In this document: in pieces, positions 37,501 to 47,096 of the stretch | How the letters are laid out: every line of letters starts with the position of its first letter | How positions within the stretch are numbered: position 1 is the first letter of the stretch | DNA from: Candidatus Microgenomates bacterium | Lineage (GTDB): Bacteria; Patescibacteriota; Microgenomatia; UBA8517 | DNA length: 64,000 nt | Direction: 5' to 3' | Assembly (NCBI GenBank): GCA_049519355.1 | Contig: JBEKQV010000002.1 | Location: 67,479 to 131,478 of the forward strand | Translations under genes and position numbers: made by a program | The notes under the pieces: generated by a model | Databases searched by the model: none | What the model was told of the DNA's origin: nothing | Seen by the model: only the letters and a program-made list of their open reading frames with translations

Positions 37501-38000
37501 CCAAAAACACTTGAATACCATTGAACCGTCTTTTTGGCTTTCGCAAATTCGTCATGGATTATTGCCTGACCAACCTCACCCAGAGGACAGGCAGATGTAC
37601 AAATCAATCCCCTTGAATATTTTTCAAGAGTCTCTCTATCAAACCTCGCACGGTAATAATAACCATCAAGGTGAGCAATAGAAGAAAGCTTCATAAGGTT
37701 TTGGTAGCCTTCGTTATTTTTAGCCAAAAGCAAAAGGTGAAAATTTTGAAGTTCACCCCGGGCCGGTCTATCGGTTAATTTTCCAGAAGTAATATAACCT
37801 TCCATCCCCAAAATCGGCTTCACTCCCTGTTTTATCGCTTCTTTATAAAACTCGATCTCCCCATACATCACACCGTGATCGGTAATGGCGAGTGAATCCA
37901 TCTCGTTTTCTTTAACGTGGTTCAAAAGCTTCTTGATGTTACTGAGTCCATCAAGAAGTGAATATTCCGTGTGGACATGAAGATGAACAAATTTAGCCAT
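34524..38000 (-). CDS. dnaE: DNA polymerase III alpha subunit (DnaE)
   Basis: 1158 aa. N-terminal PHP (FVHLHVHTEYSLLDG), polymerase core and OB fold. Confidence 0.95.
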   Translation of the reverse strand: MAKFVHLHVHTEYSLLDGLSNIKKLLNHVKENEMDSLAITDHGVMYGEIEFYKEAIKQGVKPILGMEGYITSGKLTDRPARGELQNFHLLLLAKNNEGYQNLMKLSSIAHLDGYYYRARFDRETLEKYSRGLICTSACPLGEVGQAIIHDEFAKAKKTVQWYSSVFGEDYYLELQRHEFGKWVEKAKEPEIKTSLIEMEDNEKKWNQGILKISRELGIPVIATNDTHYIKQEDALAQDVLVCIATGKIITDTKRMRYIDAQEFYIKSPDEMQKLFLDVPDALENTVKIAKKCNLEVKLGAWSFPKFPLPKGVTADEQLKKLAEDGLKVKVPKADKKTNERLNYELDIIIKKGYSPYFLIVRDLANWTNSQGIITNTRGSAAGSLVSYVLGITTVNPLTYYLPFERFLNPYRPSPPDIDFDVADDRRDEIIGYITKTYGKEKVAQVCTFGRMLSRAAVRDVARVLGYPYSTGDRIAKMIPPPKQGFPITITKAMDEILELRTLYNTDPNTKKVLDLAMQIEGNARHVSVHAAGVVVAPTEITDFSPVQREPSGEKIITQYEMHACEEVGLIKFDILGIRNLSILGAAVDIVKKTYGIDIDLHKIPLDDKKTFQMLAKGETMGVFQLASAGMTKYLTELKPTQIEDLMAMVALYRPGPISQIPEYIKRKHNPKLVKYLDPRMEKFLGKSYGLIVYQDDLLFCALDLAGYTWEEADKFRKAVGKKIPEEMAAQKEKFIKGVVANGQTQTFAENLWKLFEPFQSYGFNKAHAASYGMIAYQTAYMKANYPVEYMAALMTAESDDKDKVSAAINECRRMGIKVFAPDINESQVGFTIVKDKDSIGGKGIRFGLSAIKNVGEAAITAILAARSEGKFVSFADFLGKVDGRKVNKKVLESLIKVGAMANFGGRAALLSSMDSIKDKVVRPKDDDNQQGLFATGVLKKTEAATVITVSNIEEFSDDEIQSLERQLLGFSLSAKPISEIIGPLEFQSTHKIFEILGAETSTDSVRVAGVVAEVRVIVTKKTGAEMAFVKIDDGTGTIEVVVFPKIFKETRDFWAEGQPLLISGRIDTRDEIPALIAESIETMTSLNEKKNREVFIKISKNTEINSLRRLKTLLTDRLGEETAFLMFEGGKKVRLPFKIAWNETLAKEISDILESKPS

Positions 38001-38005
38001 TATTT

Positions 38006-38914
38006 TTAAGATTCTGTAACAAAACTTTCCAATGCATTCCCTTGGGCATCTGCCAACAAGCCTCTTGAGTGTTCTGTTTTAATATCTTTTGCTTTCTGGG
38101 TAACATTATCAAGTAACGGATTGACTTTCGTCTTCCACAACTTTAATAAATTTTCCTGGTCCTCGATATTCAAAGTCGAATTTCCTGTTAGTCTCATTAA
38201 ATCTTCTCGTGACAAAATCAACCCCCCCATACTTGTGGTCATCATCCCCAAATCATCCCAATCAAATTTTTTGTTCAACTCCGGAAGTCTCAGGGCATGA
38301 TTAACCCGATCTGGATTTTCCTTAGCTATTTTGTCAAATGCATCTTTATCTAACGCTCTTCTACTCCAATGCAATTTTTTACCCACCTCGAGCAACCTTG
38401 AAATTAAAGGATGTTTATAATTCCAACCAAAGTCCTGTCTTTTTACTCTAGTTATCACTACAAAATCATCTCCGCCCAACCGCCCAACAACCGCATCAGA
38501 TCTAACAGCACCTTCATGCTTCTTATCTCCCCTAATTAAAACTGCTAATTCTTTAAGACATTCATCCCCGACAGCCCAAGTAAATAAATCGTCATAGGCC
38601 TTAAAGTACCGTATATCAGTTTTTAACACCAAAAGTGATTCTGAAGGATCCTTGTCTCTAAAAACCTCATTAATTAGTCTTCCAAGACCGATGGAAATCC
38701 CTTTTTCATTAGCAACCCCGGTTAATGGGTCCCTTGCGCTTTCTCTTTCCAGTCTTGCCCTTACCTCGTTGCCAGACAAAGTGTTCTCAGCCGATATACT
38801 TTTACCACTCAGGAAGGATGTTCCTTCTTTGTCTATGGCAATTTCGGTGTTACTTATTTCGGCACCCCGCTTAATATCTTCAAAATCGGTTTCCTGACTT
38901 GAGTTATCTGCCAT
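38006..38914 (-). CDS. GGDEF-family (diguanylate-cyclase-like palm) domain protein with GGDDF motif and an unknown C-terminal domain
   Basis: 302 aa. RDPLTGVAN (the DxLTG start of GGDEF), then the [10 protein letters not shown]...GDECL region, then RLGGDDFVV in place of RxGGDEF. About 130 aa of unassigned sequence follows. Confidence 0.6.
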   Translation of the reverse strand: MADNSSQETDFEDIKRGAEISNTEIAIDKEGTSFLSGKSISAENTLSGNEVRARLERESARDPLTGVANEKGISIGLGRLINEVFRDKDPSESLLVLKTDIRYFKAYDDLFTWAVGDECLKELAVLIRGDKKHEGAVRSDAVVGRLGGDDFVVITRVKRQDFGWNYKHPLISRLLEVGKKLHWSRRALDKDAFDKIAKENPDRVNHALRLPELNKKFDWDDLGMMTTSMGGLILSREDLMRLTGNSTLNIEDQENLLKLWKTKVNPLLDNVTQKAKDIKTEHSRGLLADAQGNALESFVTES

Positions 38915-40214
38915 TTAATTTACCCAAAAGTCGCGTTTGTAATTCTTTAACATTTCCTTTCCCTTTTAATTTTTTCTGTACCATTCCAATCAAAAATCCG
39001 ATTACTTCACCTTTACCTTTTTTATAATCCTCAACTGCTTTCTGATTCTCTCCCAAAACTTCCGCTATAGCAACATCAGTTTCTCCCTGAGCGGCATATG
39101 CAACACTTGTTAATTCCAACACCTTCCTGATAAGTCCCGCGGGTTCGGGAAAATCCACATCGAGTTTTTTATTTATCATTAAATCGGCAACCATCTTGGG
39201 AGAAATATTCTCTTTCGTTGCTAATTTAACTGCATCTTCAAAATATTTCGCTCTTTCGATGTCAGAAACCAAAATCTCCGTATAATCTTCAGGCAATTTA
39301 TATTCTTCTATAAATCTAACCCTTTTGTCCTTTGGCAATTCCGGTAAAGAACTCTGAAGTTTTTCAATTTCGTCATTGGTGAATCTCATGGGAGGAATGT
39401 CAGGTTCGGGGAAATATCTATAATCTTTTGCCTCTTCCTTGCTTCTTTGTAAATACGTTGTCTGTTTTACTTCATCGTAACCTCGCGTTTCGTCATATAC
39501 TTTTTCTCCCTTAAGGAGAATTTCTGTTTGTCTTGCAATCTCTGCGTTAATTGCTTTTTCTAAAAATTTGAAAGAATTGATATTTTTTAGCTCAACTTTG
39601 TAATCCGGAAGTTCTCCGTCTGAAGAAAGCGAAATATTTGCTTCAAGCCTCATTGAACCTTTCTCCATATCAGCATTACTGATTTCCAAATATCTGGCGA
39701 CTATTTGAACTTCCTTCAGAAAATCAACTACGGATTTAACATCATGGAAGTCGGGTTCCGTTACCATTTCCATAAGCGGAACCGAGCTGCGATTAAAATC
39801 AATTAACGAAGATTTTTCCCCATCCACCGTTTCATGAACCAGCTTTCCGGTGTCCTCCTCCAGATGAACCCTTCTTAATTTCTTATCCTCAAAATTTCCA
39901 CCAACGCAAAGCGGCAAATCATATTGTGAAATTTGATAACTCTTGGGTAAATCGGGATAAAAATAGTGTTTTCTATCAAATTTACTGAATCTATTTATGC
40001 GGGAACCGAAAGCCAAGCCAAATTTTATTACGTCGATAACAGCCTCCCTGTTTGCAAAAGGAAGTGCACCAGGTAGACCCAAACAAACCGGACAAACCTG
40101 AGTATTCGGTTTCTTGCCGAAGTGGTCGGCGGGGCATGAACAAAACATTTTGCTTTTCGTAGAAAGCTCAATGTGTACTTCAAGTCCGATAATAGGAATC
40201 AAGTTATTAGCCAT
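38904..40214 (-). CDS. gatB: Asp/Glu-tRNA amidotransferase subunit B
   Basis: 436 aa. [21 protein letters not shown]-terminus and a GatB/YqeY-like C-terminal region. Shorter than usual. Confidence 0.9.
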   Translation of the reverse strand: MANNLIPIIGLEVHIELSTKSKMFCSCPADHFGKKPNTQVCPVCLGLPGALPFANREAVIDVIKFGLAFGSRINRFSKFDRKHYFYPDLPKSYQISQYDLPLCVGGNFEDKKLRRVHLEEDTGKLVHETVDGEKSSLIDFNRSSVPLMEMVTEPDFHDVKSVVDFLKEVQIVARYLEISNADMEKGSMRLEANISLSSDGELPDYKVELKNINSFKFLEKAINAEIARQTEILLKGEKVYDETRGYDEVKQTTYLQRSKEEAKDYRYFPEPDIPPMRFTNDEIEKLQSSLPELPKDKRVRFIEEYKLPEDYTEILVSDIERAKYFEDAVKLATKENISPKMVADLMINKKLDVDFPEPAGLIRKVLELTSVAYAAQGETDVAIAEVLGENQKAVEDYKKGKGEVIGFLIGMVQKKLKGKGNVKELQTRLLGKLNGR

Positions 40215-40223
40215 TTCTATAAA

Positions 40224-41468
40224 CTACCCTCCCAAAAAACTGTCACCGAACCTCCGGGAAATAAAGAACAACGTAATTGAAAACAAAGATAAAATCAAAA
40301 GCAGCACTCTAATACCCAAGATTTCTACAATTGATCCGGAAAATATAACTGGAACAACTGATGCAATAGTCACAAGAAACCAAAAATTGCCGAAAACCCT
40401 GCCCCTTAGGTTTTCCGGAGTTGACTCCTGTAAAAAGGTCTGCGACGGCACTACAATTCCGACAAAGCTAAACCCTATTATAAGAACCGCAAAAAAGGAA
40501 AGGATTACTCTAACCCAATAAGAAAACAAAGGAATTACAAATGTGAGTAGCAAAATCGTAATTCCCGCTGTAAGAAGCGCAGCATCCACAACTTGTTTTT
40601 TCCTGATTCTCATTTTCAATATTCTCGGCATTGTCAGGGCACCAGTAATAGCCCCTATCCCAGCCGGAACTAAAATATAAATTCCTGCAGTCGTAAGCGG
40701 AATTAAAAGAATTTCCTTGGCTACTGCGGGAACTTGCACTATAGTAACTTGTAACGCAACTTCAAAACCGATTAGAAGCAGGAAAGGAGTCAAAACCTTC
40801 CTTTCTCCTTTTATAAATTCGTAACCGTTACTGATATGTTTAAAAAATCCTATGACTGCAGTTTCAAATTTCTTTGGAATTGTATTGTTGGGTGACAAAT
40901 GGGGCAGGAAAAGAGTACTCACAAAAGCAATGAATAGGAAAAATGAACAAACAAAAAGTGTATTGTTAAAACCTAAAAGTCCCAGCATCAAACCCGCAAC
41001 CGCAAAACCTAAAACAATGGCACCTTGTTGTGTTAAAAAGAAAAGGCTATTACCGTGCGCCAGATTTTCTTTATGAAGTACCGACGGCATTGTAGCGGCC
41101 TCCGAGGGAACATAAAATTGATTAATCAAAGAATAAATAAAGACCACCTCATAAAGGAGAAAAATATTCTGCTTAGAAGCCAGCCCGTAAAGAAGAATTG
41201 TAACTGATTGCAGTAAATTAGTAATAACAAGCATTTTTCTTCTATCTACGAGGTCGACGGTTGCGGAAGCAAATGGCCCAATAAGCATGGCAGGGAGCGA
41301 ATATGCAACCCAAAGAAATGAAGTTGAAATTGCTGAGCCTGTGACCTCAAACAATCTAATAAGAAAAACAAAATTCATAATATTTATTGTCAGCTGGGAG
41401 AAAATTTGGGAAATCCAAATATATAAAAAGTTTTTATTTTCCAAAACCGGTTTAAATTCTTTCAACAT
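40224..41468 (-). CDS. MFS transporter (12 TM)
   Basis: 414 aa, hydrophobic throughout, with the MFS loop motif (VDLVDRRKM). Located between gatA and gatB. Confidence 0.75.
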   Translation of the reverse strand: MLKEFKPVLENKNFLYIWISQIFSQLTINIMNFVFLIRLFEVTGSAISTSFLWVAYSLPAMLIGPFASATVDLVDRRKMLVITNLLQSVTILLYGLASKQNIFLLYEVVFIYSLINQFYVPSEAATMPSVLHKENLAHGNSLFFLTQQGAIVLGFAVAGLMLGLLGFNNTLFVCSFFLFIAFVSTLFLPHLSPNNTIPKKFETAVIGFFKHISNGYEFIKGERKVLTPFLLLIGFEVALQVTIVQVPAVAKEILLIPLTTAGIYILVPAGIGAITGALTMPRILKMRIRKKQVVDAALLTAGITILLLTFVIPLFSYWVRVILSFFAVLIIGFSFVGIVVPSQTFLQESTPENLRGRVFGNFWFLVTIASVVPVIFSGSIVEILGIRVLLLILSLFSITLFFISRRFGDSFLGG

Positions 41469-41469
41469 C

Positions 41470-42948
41470 TTATTTAAATGCTAACTTTGGTTGATAACTC
41501 GTAATTTCCTGATACATATTTCCAAGAGCAAAAAGAGTATTCTCGGAAAAACGCGGGCCCAGAATCTGAAACCCTAAAGGAAGACCGGATTGATTAAATC
41601 CTGACGGAACCGCAAGCCCGGGAATTCCTACTAAATTCGCTGAGGCCGTATAAATATCGGCAAGATACATTTTTAAGGGATCCGAGGCTTTTTCTCCAAG
41701 TTTAAATGCCGCAGTAGGAGAAACCGGTGCTATCAGTGCGTCAACTTTTTCAAAAACTTTATCAAAATCGCCTATCATTTTAGACCTGACTTTCTGGGCT
41801 TTAAGATAATACGCATCATAATATCCCGCCGAAAGAACGTAGGTACCGAGCATTATTCTTCTTTTTGCTTCCGCTCCGAAGCTGTCTCTACTGTTTCCGT
41901 ATCTGATTCCGTCATATCTCCCCAAATTCGATGAAACTTCGGCCGGCTGCACTATGTAATAAACCGAAATCGCATACTTTGTGTTTGGCAATGTAACATC
42001 GACGATCTTAACTCCCTTACTTCTGAAGACCTTAACAACTTCCAAAACAGATTCTTCAACCTCCCTGTCAAGTCCGCCCAAAAAATATTCTTTTGGAATA
42101 CCTATTTTTAATTTATCTTTGGGTTTTTGATCGTTAGCGTTCTTTACGGTTGAATCAAATCCGTCTTCTCCTTTTGTGACATCAAAAATTGTCTCGACAT
42201 CGGAAACCGTGTGACCAAAACAGCCGATACTGTCAAGGGATGAGGCCATTGCAATAACTCCGTATCTAGAAACGGCTCCGTAAGTTGGTTTAAGTCCAGT
42301 AACCCCACAAAAATTAGCCGGTTGCCGAATAGAACCTCCCGTATCGGTCCCTGAAGCTATCAAGCTCATTCCGGAGGCAACTGCCGTTGCGGATCCGCTC
42401 GATGAACCACCTGGAACATATTCCTTATTCCAGGGGTTTAGAGTCGGACCAAAATCTGAATTCTCACCGCTTGCACCATGTGCCCAAGCGTCACAGTTTG
42501 TTTTTCCGATCATTATTGCACCGGCTTTTTTGTCCCGTTCAACAACAGTGGCGGAATATTCAGGAATAAATGATTCCAACACTTTTGAAGACGCCGTGGT
42601 TCTTATACCCTTCGTCATAAACAAATCTTTATGTGCAATCACCGAACCCAGAAGCGGATACTGATCTTTTGAGATTCCTGTCTCGACTAATTTATCAACT
42701 TCCTTTGCCTCCTTATAAGCAACCTCATCAGATATTGTCAAAAAAGCATTTAAACCTTTGAATTCGTCTATTCGTTCCAAATATTTATCAACAAGTTCGA
42801 CTGCAGAAAACTTTTTATCAAGAAGACCTTTTCTTGTTTCTTTTATTGTCAGGGGTGTTTCCATTTTACTTGTCTGTTCTTTCGGAAAGAATCGCTTTAA
42901 CTTTAAAATATCCGTTATATGTTTTTTCGCTTCCTGCGACTGCCTCAT
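41470..42948 (-). CDS. gatA: Glu-tRNA(Gln)/Asp-tRNA(Asn) amidotransferase subunit A (amidase)
   Basis: 492 aa. Amidase signature GGSSSGSATAVASG and a Ser-cisSer-Lys triad context. Confidence 0.9.
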   Translation of the reverse strand: MRQSQEAKKHITDILKLKRFFPKEQTSKMETPLTIKETRKGLLDKKFSAVELVDKYLERIDEFKGLNAFLTISDEVAYKEAKEVDKLVETGISKDQYPLLGSVIAHKDLFMTKGIRTTASSKVLESFIPEYSATVVERDKKAGAIMIGKTNCDAWAHGASGENSDFGPTLNPWNKEYVPGGSSSGSATAVASGMSLIASGTDTGGSIRQPANFCGVTGLKPTYGAVSRYGVIAMASSLDSIGCFGHTVSDVETIFDVTKGEDGFDSTVKNANDQKPKDKLKIGIPKEYFLGGLDREVEESVLEVVKVFRSKGVKIVDVTLPNTKYAISVYYIVQPAEVSSNLGRYDGIRYGNSRDSFGAEAKRRIMLGTYVLSAGYYDAYYLKAQKVRSKMIGDFDKVFEKVDALIAPVSPTAAFKLGEKASDPLKMYLADIYTASANLVGIPGLAVPSGFNQSGLPLGFQILGPRFSENTLFALGNMYQEITSYQPKLAFK

Positions 42949-43177
42949 CTTGATTTAAACAATTTTCTCCTTTTATCACGTCTTGCCTAAAAACATTTTC
43001 AAGACCCGTTGTCTGACTTGTTGGCTCAACATCATTCGTATCAATCTCGGAGAGTTCGCTAAAGTAATTGATAACGGGGGCCAGTTGCTCAGTATATTTA
43101 TTTATTTCTTTCTCGGAAATATCAAGCTTTGCCAACTTTGCGACATGTAAAACATCAACTTTTGTGAGCTTTGCCAT
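42866..43177 (-). CDS. gatC: Amidotransferase subunit C
   Basis: 103 aa. VDVLHVAKLAKLDISEKE ... is GatC-like. Overlaps the gatA start. Confidence 0.8.
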   Translation of the reverse strand: MAKLTKVDVLHVAKLAKLDISEKEINKYTEQLAPVINYFSELSEIDTNDVEPTSQTTGLENVFRQDVIKGENCLNQDEAVAGSEKTYNGYFKVKAILSERTDK

Positions 43178-43217
43178 ATCTGTAATAATAAATCCTTCGA
43201 GGCTTTTTCACAAGAAG

Positions 43218-44144
43218 TCAGATCATATTTTCGAGAGCCTTAATCCTATCCGGAATTGGCGGATGTGTATTAAAAAGATTCGCAAACCAACCAACACTTC
43301 CGTGTCCTTTCTGCTTAAAAGGGTTACTGATGTAAAGATGTGCCGTTGCCTTGTTGGCCGTATGTAACACATTAGGATCAGACGAAATCTTTTTAAGAGC
43401 TGAAATAAGACCATTCGGTTGTCTGGTTATTTCTACAGAACCAGCATCAGCGGCATATTCACGCCTCCTTGAAATTGCCAACTGTATTAACGATCCTACA
43501 ATCGGAGAAAGAATTGCAAAAATAATCCCCAAAATTAAAAAGATCGAACCAACACTATCTCTATCATTACCTCTTCTACCGCCAAACCAGGTCATCCTGA
43601 TAAGCCAATCACCAAGAAGTGCAACAAGCCCGACCATTACGGCGACTACCGCCATGAGCCTAGTGTCGTAACTTTTTACATGGGTCATTTCATGACCAAT
43701 TACCCCTTCAAGTTCGGTCCTATTTAGTTTTGAAAGAAGTCCGGTTGTCGCACAAATTGCTGCATGCTTGGGATCACGCCCTGTGGCAAAAGCATTGGGG
43801 GCAGGGTCATCGATAACATAAAGCTTCGGCATTGGAACTCCCGCTCCTATAGCTATGTTTTCGGCTACAGTATAAAAAAGGAAATCCGCCTTACGATTGG
43901 CAGGACGCGCACCGGATATCCCCAGCACAATTTTGTCCGAATAATAATAGCCGACAAAACTCGAGACCCCGGAAATTATTAAGGCCAAGCCAACAAAACC
44001 TAATCCTCCGGGCTGATAACCGAGATAAATTCCTATTGCATTAGTTAAAATGTAAGCCGCAACAAAAACAAACACAATGAAAAGCGCAATAATTATTGCG
44101 CTTTTCCACTTGTTGGCAGTTTGAACCTCGTAAATGTTTTTCAC
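43218..44144 (-). CDS. htpX: Protease HtpX (peptidase M48)
   Basis: 308 aa, 4 TM. HEMTHV zinc site and a downstream E ligand, with HtpX architecture. Confidence 0.85.
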   Translation of the reverse strand: MKNIYEVQTANKWKSAIIIALFIVFVFVAAYILTNAIGIYLGYQPGGLGFVGLALIISGVSSFVGYYYSDKIVLGISGARPANRKADFLFYTVAENIAIGAGVPMPKLYVIDDPAPNAFATGRDPKHAAICATTGLLSKLNRTELEGVIGHEMTHVKSYDTRLMAVVAVMVGLVALLGDWLIRMTWFGGRRGNDRDSVGSIFLILGIIFAILSPIVGSLIQLAISRRREYAADAGSVEITRQPNGLISALKKISSDPNVLHTANKATAHLYISNPFKQKGHGSVGWFANLFNTHPPIPDRIKALENMI

Positions 44145-44722
44145 AGATTCACTTTGGGCGTTTTCATTTCCTCTTCAGTCACCTTCATCTCAGCTCCATC
44201 TGCGGGTGTTTCAAGCCCCACAAGTTTTTCAAAATGGAACATTCCTGCAATTACATTACTTGGAAACGAAACCAGCCTGACATTATACTCGGCAGTCAAA
44301 TCAATTAAAAGACGCCTGGCATACATTACTTTATCCGAGGTATCCCTAAGTTCATCCATCAAATTTGTAACAACCTCTGCTCCTTTTAGTTCAGGGTTGC
44401 TTTCAACAACCACCTGAATTTTAGGTAAAACATCCGAAAGCATTTTGCCTGCGTCGGCCATTTTCTTTAAATTTCCTGAATCCACTGCCGACGAAATTGC
44501 GCGTCTTGCAGCCGTAAGTTCATCGTATATTCCTTTTTCGTGTTTTAGATAACCTTTTGCAGAAGCTTCCAGATTCGGTATAAGTTCTGCTTGTCTTTTG
44601 AGCTGATTTCCGATTTCCTGAATTGAAGCTCCGACTCTTGTTTTTGTAGAAACAAAAAAGTTATAGATAGAAACGACCCAAAGAATAAGTATTAAAATAA
44701 TTCCCAAAAAAATATAAATCAT
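44141..44722 (-). CDS. LemA family protein
   Basis: 193 aa. N-terminal TM and a LemA helical domain (QEIGNQLKRQAELIPNL ... YDELTAAR). Confidence 0.8.
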   Translation of the reverse strand: MIYIFLGIILILILWVVSIYNFFVSTKTRVGASIQEIGNQLKRQAELIPNLEASAKGYLKHEKGIYDELTAARRAISSAVDSGNLKKMADAGKMLSDVLPKIQVVVESNPELKGAEVVTNLMDELRDTSDKVMYARRLLIDLTAEYNVRLVSFPSNVIAGMFHFEKLVGLETPADGAEMKVTEEEMKTPKVNL

Positions 44723-44725
44723 AAT

Positions 44726-46441
44726 TTAATCACCACCTTTCAGTAATTTCTCAAATTCAACCAAACTTCGCGTATTGATTATATCATTGTCGGTTGCCCA
44801 CCCACGCCGTGCCACAGAAACTCCAAACATCATATTATTCAACCCGTCTTTGTGATGCGCATCGGTTCCGAACGTAAGTTTCACACCAATTTTCACCGCT
44901 TCCCTTACCAATGTATCAGGAAGATCCAATCGCATCGGATCACAGTTAATTTCAATCCATTTATCATTTTTTAGGCAAAATTCAAAAATTTCCGGCCAAT
45001 TTAATTCAACCCCTTCTCTTTCATTTAATTTCCTTGCGGTCGGGTGAGCGAATATTCTCGCTTTGGGCTGAGATAGTGCTGAAAGAACTCTTTTCGTCAT
45101 GTTGCTGCGCTCTAAATCAAAACTTGAGTGAATTGACACGAGAGCGAAGTCCAAAAGATCAAAACCCGAGTCGGGAACTGGAAGCTTACCGTTAGGCAGA
45201 ATATCAATTTCGAGGCAGTTAAACACTCTTCGAATATATTTTGTGTTCTTTTTTGATAATGAGTAATTTAATTCGTCAATCTTTTCACGCTTCCTTTTTA
45301 AAATTTCCACAATTTGTTTTTCGTCGTGACCTTTCTGACTGGGATTGTGTTCTGTGAAAGCTAGATATTCATAATGAAGCTCCTCGGCTTTTCTAATTAT
45401 TTCTTCCATACTGCTTTCACCCAGATCGTGACTGGTTTCAATATCAAAACTTGAGTGTATTTGAAGATCGGCTTTTATATCTTTTAACTCAACAAGTTTT
45501 GGAATTTTTTTTTCGCGGGCAGCTTCAATTTCACCTGTATCTTCTCTAAGCTCAGGAGGAATATAATCAAGGCCGAGGAATTTATAAAAACTTTTTTCAT
45601 CGGAAAACTTCTTAACCTGGCCGGTTGATTGATTTTTTACTCCATGCTCCGATAAGGACAAGCCTTTCTTCAATGCATACTCTCTTAAGGCAATGTTATG
45701 ATGTTTTGAACCTGTGAAATGTTGAAGAAGAGAGCCGTAAGACTCTGGTGGCTGAGTCATCAAATCAACTTGTACATTACCCGGAAGCAAAATCGATGAA
45801 GTATAATCCCCCTTTTCGATAGTTTTAACCGACTTTGGATATTTAGTAAAATAATCGAGAACTTCAGGCGCATTTTCAGTTGCAACCGATAAATCTATAT
45901 CTCCTATTGTCGAAGCTTGACGTCTAAGACTGCCCAGCGTGTCTATACGATTTACGGCCTTATCTTTAATTAAGTAATCCATCAACTCCGATGCAATCAT
46001 TGCCGCATAAGGTAATAAATGGCGTTTACCTTTCTTTTCCTTAGCTTCAACTTCTTTGAGTTTCTCGTCTACTTCCTTTTGTGAACCTTCTTTAATCATT
46101 TTCATAGCCGTTTTAATACCAATTCCCGGAAGTTCCATTAACTTAAAAGCTTCTTTAGGAATCCCTTTCATCAGGCTTCCAAAATGCTTTGATCTTCCCG
46201 TACGGAAAAGTTCATCTAAATGCTCAGCGATGCCCGGACCGACTCCAGGAACCTCCTCAAGCTTCTTATCGTCCCACAAGTCTTTAAGTTCGCTTGTAGC
46301 ATGCTCTACCGCGTCTGCGGCCCTTTCATAAGCAATTATCTGGAATTTATACTTGTTCTGATCTTTATATTGATAGGCAGAAGCTACATCCCTGAGAAGT
46401 TCTGCTATTTGAAGGTTTGTTAACTCTTTACGGGTGGGCAT
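44726..46441 (-). CDS. DNA polymerase/3'-5' exonuclease PolX (Pol-beta-like + PHP domain)
   Basis: 571 aa. N-terminal HhH/pol-beta fingers-palm (GVGPGIAEHL, GSLRRQ..IGDIDL). C-terminal PHP histidines (LQIHSSFD ... HTDAHH-like). Confidence 0.8.
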   Translation of the reverse strand: MPTRKELTNLQIAELLRDVASAYQYKDQNKYKFQIIAYERAADAVEHATSELKDLWDDKKLEEVPGVGPGIAEHLDELFRTGRSKHFGSLMKGIPKEAFKLMELPGIGIKTAMKMIKEGSQKEVDEKLKEVEAKEKKGKRHLLPYAAMIASELMDYLIKDKAVNRIDTLGSLRRQASTIGDIDLSVATENAPEVLDYFTKYPKSVKTIEKGDYTSSILLPGNVQVDLMTQPPESYGSLLQHFTGSKHHNIALREYALKKGLSLSEHGVKNQSTGQVKKFSDEKSFYKFLGLDYIPPELREDTGEIEAAREKKIPKLVELKDIKADLQIHSSFDIETSHDLGESSMEEIIRKAEELHYEYLAFTEHNPSQKGHDEKQIVEILKRKREKIDELNYSLSKKNTKYIRRVFNCLEIDILPNGKLPVPDSGFDLLDFALVSIHSSFDLERSNMTKRVLSALSQPKARIFAHPTARKLNEREGVELNWPEIFEFCLKNDKWIEINCDPMRLDLPDTLVREAVKIGVKLTFGTDAHHKDGLNNMMFGVSVARRGWATDNDIINTRSLVEFEKLLKGGD

Positions 46442-46479
46442 GCAATTATTATATATCAGGTTTCGATAGTTTTGCCTTA

Positions 46480-46851
46480 CTATCTAGGAACTCCCGTTAA
46501 GACAAAATAAGGCTTGGGTGGAATTTCTCCGGGATTAGCAAGGTGTTTTCTGACCAGTTCAGAAATATGTACCGATTCAGGTACATATTTAGAAGTTATA
46601 AATTGCCACGCATCGGAATCTTTTATCCGTTCGGGTAATTCCCCTAACTTATATCCGTCTATTGGAATCGTCTCGTTTCCCGCAAGCAGATACCTTGCTA
46701 AGGTGTCCCCTTCCTGAACTAAAACCATCTCCGCAGGAGTCTCCTGCTTGCCCATAGTGATTATCCTGCGCGTCGGATTCAGTTGCTCGTAATCGCGAAT
46801 GGCATTCTCTTTGCTTTCAAACAAAGTGTCGATTTGGAGAATCCATTCCAT
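46480..46851 (-). CDS. Hypothetical protein (123 aa)
   Basis: Clean ORF with compact spacing. No recognisable motif. Confidence 0.4.
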   Translation of the reverse strand: MEWILQIDTLFESKENAIRDYEQLNPTRRIITMGKQETPAEMVLVQEGDTLARYLLAGNETIPIDGYKLGELPERIKDSDAWQFITSKYVPESVHISELVRKHLANPGEIPPKPYFVLTGVPR

Positions 46852-46916
46852 AAAAGAATTCTAACACCCGAATCAACAGATTTTTTTACTAAAAACTGGC
46901 TTAATTTAGCCCCAAT

Positions 46917-46925
46917 TGATATAAT
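46917..46925 (+). promoter_or_regulatory. Extended -10 (TGaTATAAT) 17 nt upstream of tRNA-Asp
   Basis: TGATATAAT at 46917-46925. The mature tRNA 5' end is at 46943. Confidence 0.3.
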
Positions 46926-46942
46926 TACACCGTAATAAATTT

Positions 46943-47020
46943 GGGGTCGTAGCTCAACCTGGTTAGAGCGTCTCCCTGTCACGGAGAAGGTTGCGAGTTC
47001 GAGTCTCGTCGACCCCGCCA
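46943..47020 (+). tRNA. tRNA-Asp (anticodon GTC), CCA encoded
   Basis: Hand-folded: acceptor GGGGTCG/CGACCCC, anticodon stem TCTCC/GGAGA, loop CTGTCAC, T-loop TTCGAGT, 3' GCCA. Confidence 0.9.
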
Positions 47021-47029
47021 ATATTCCCC

Positions 47030-47058
47030 TTGACTTCAATCACTTCTTCATTTACATT
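47030..47058 (+). promoter_or_regulatory. Candidate promoter TTGACT-17 nt-TACATT for the LysM gene, followed by a CCCGA/TCGGG hairpin at 47072-47086
   Basis: TTGACT at 47030-47035 and TACATT at 47053-47058. A 5-bp GC-rich stem (CCCGAaagaaTCGGG) sits in the leader, after tRNA-Asp. Confidence 0.35.
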
Positions 47059-47096
47059 CAGGCTACTTCTGCCCGAAAGAATCGGGGTGAATATAT

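Noticed and set aside
38006-38914. Interpretation of the GGDDF protein as a Cas10/mCpol-type CRISPR polymerase palm
   Set aside because: The DxLTG opening motif and the spacing to GG[DE][DE]F are those of bona fide GGDEF domains. There are no cas genes or repeats in the window.
43178-43217. CCT-tcg-AGG mini-hairpin followed by Ts between htpX and gatC
   Set aside because: A 3-bp stem only, so not a credible terminator.
46779-47039. 86-aa minus-strand ORF
   Set aside because: It overlaps tRNA-Asp and its promoter, so it is spurious.
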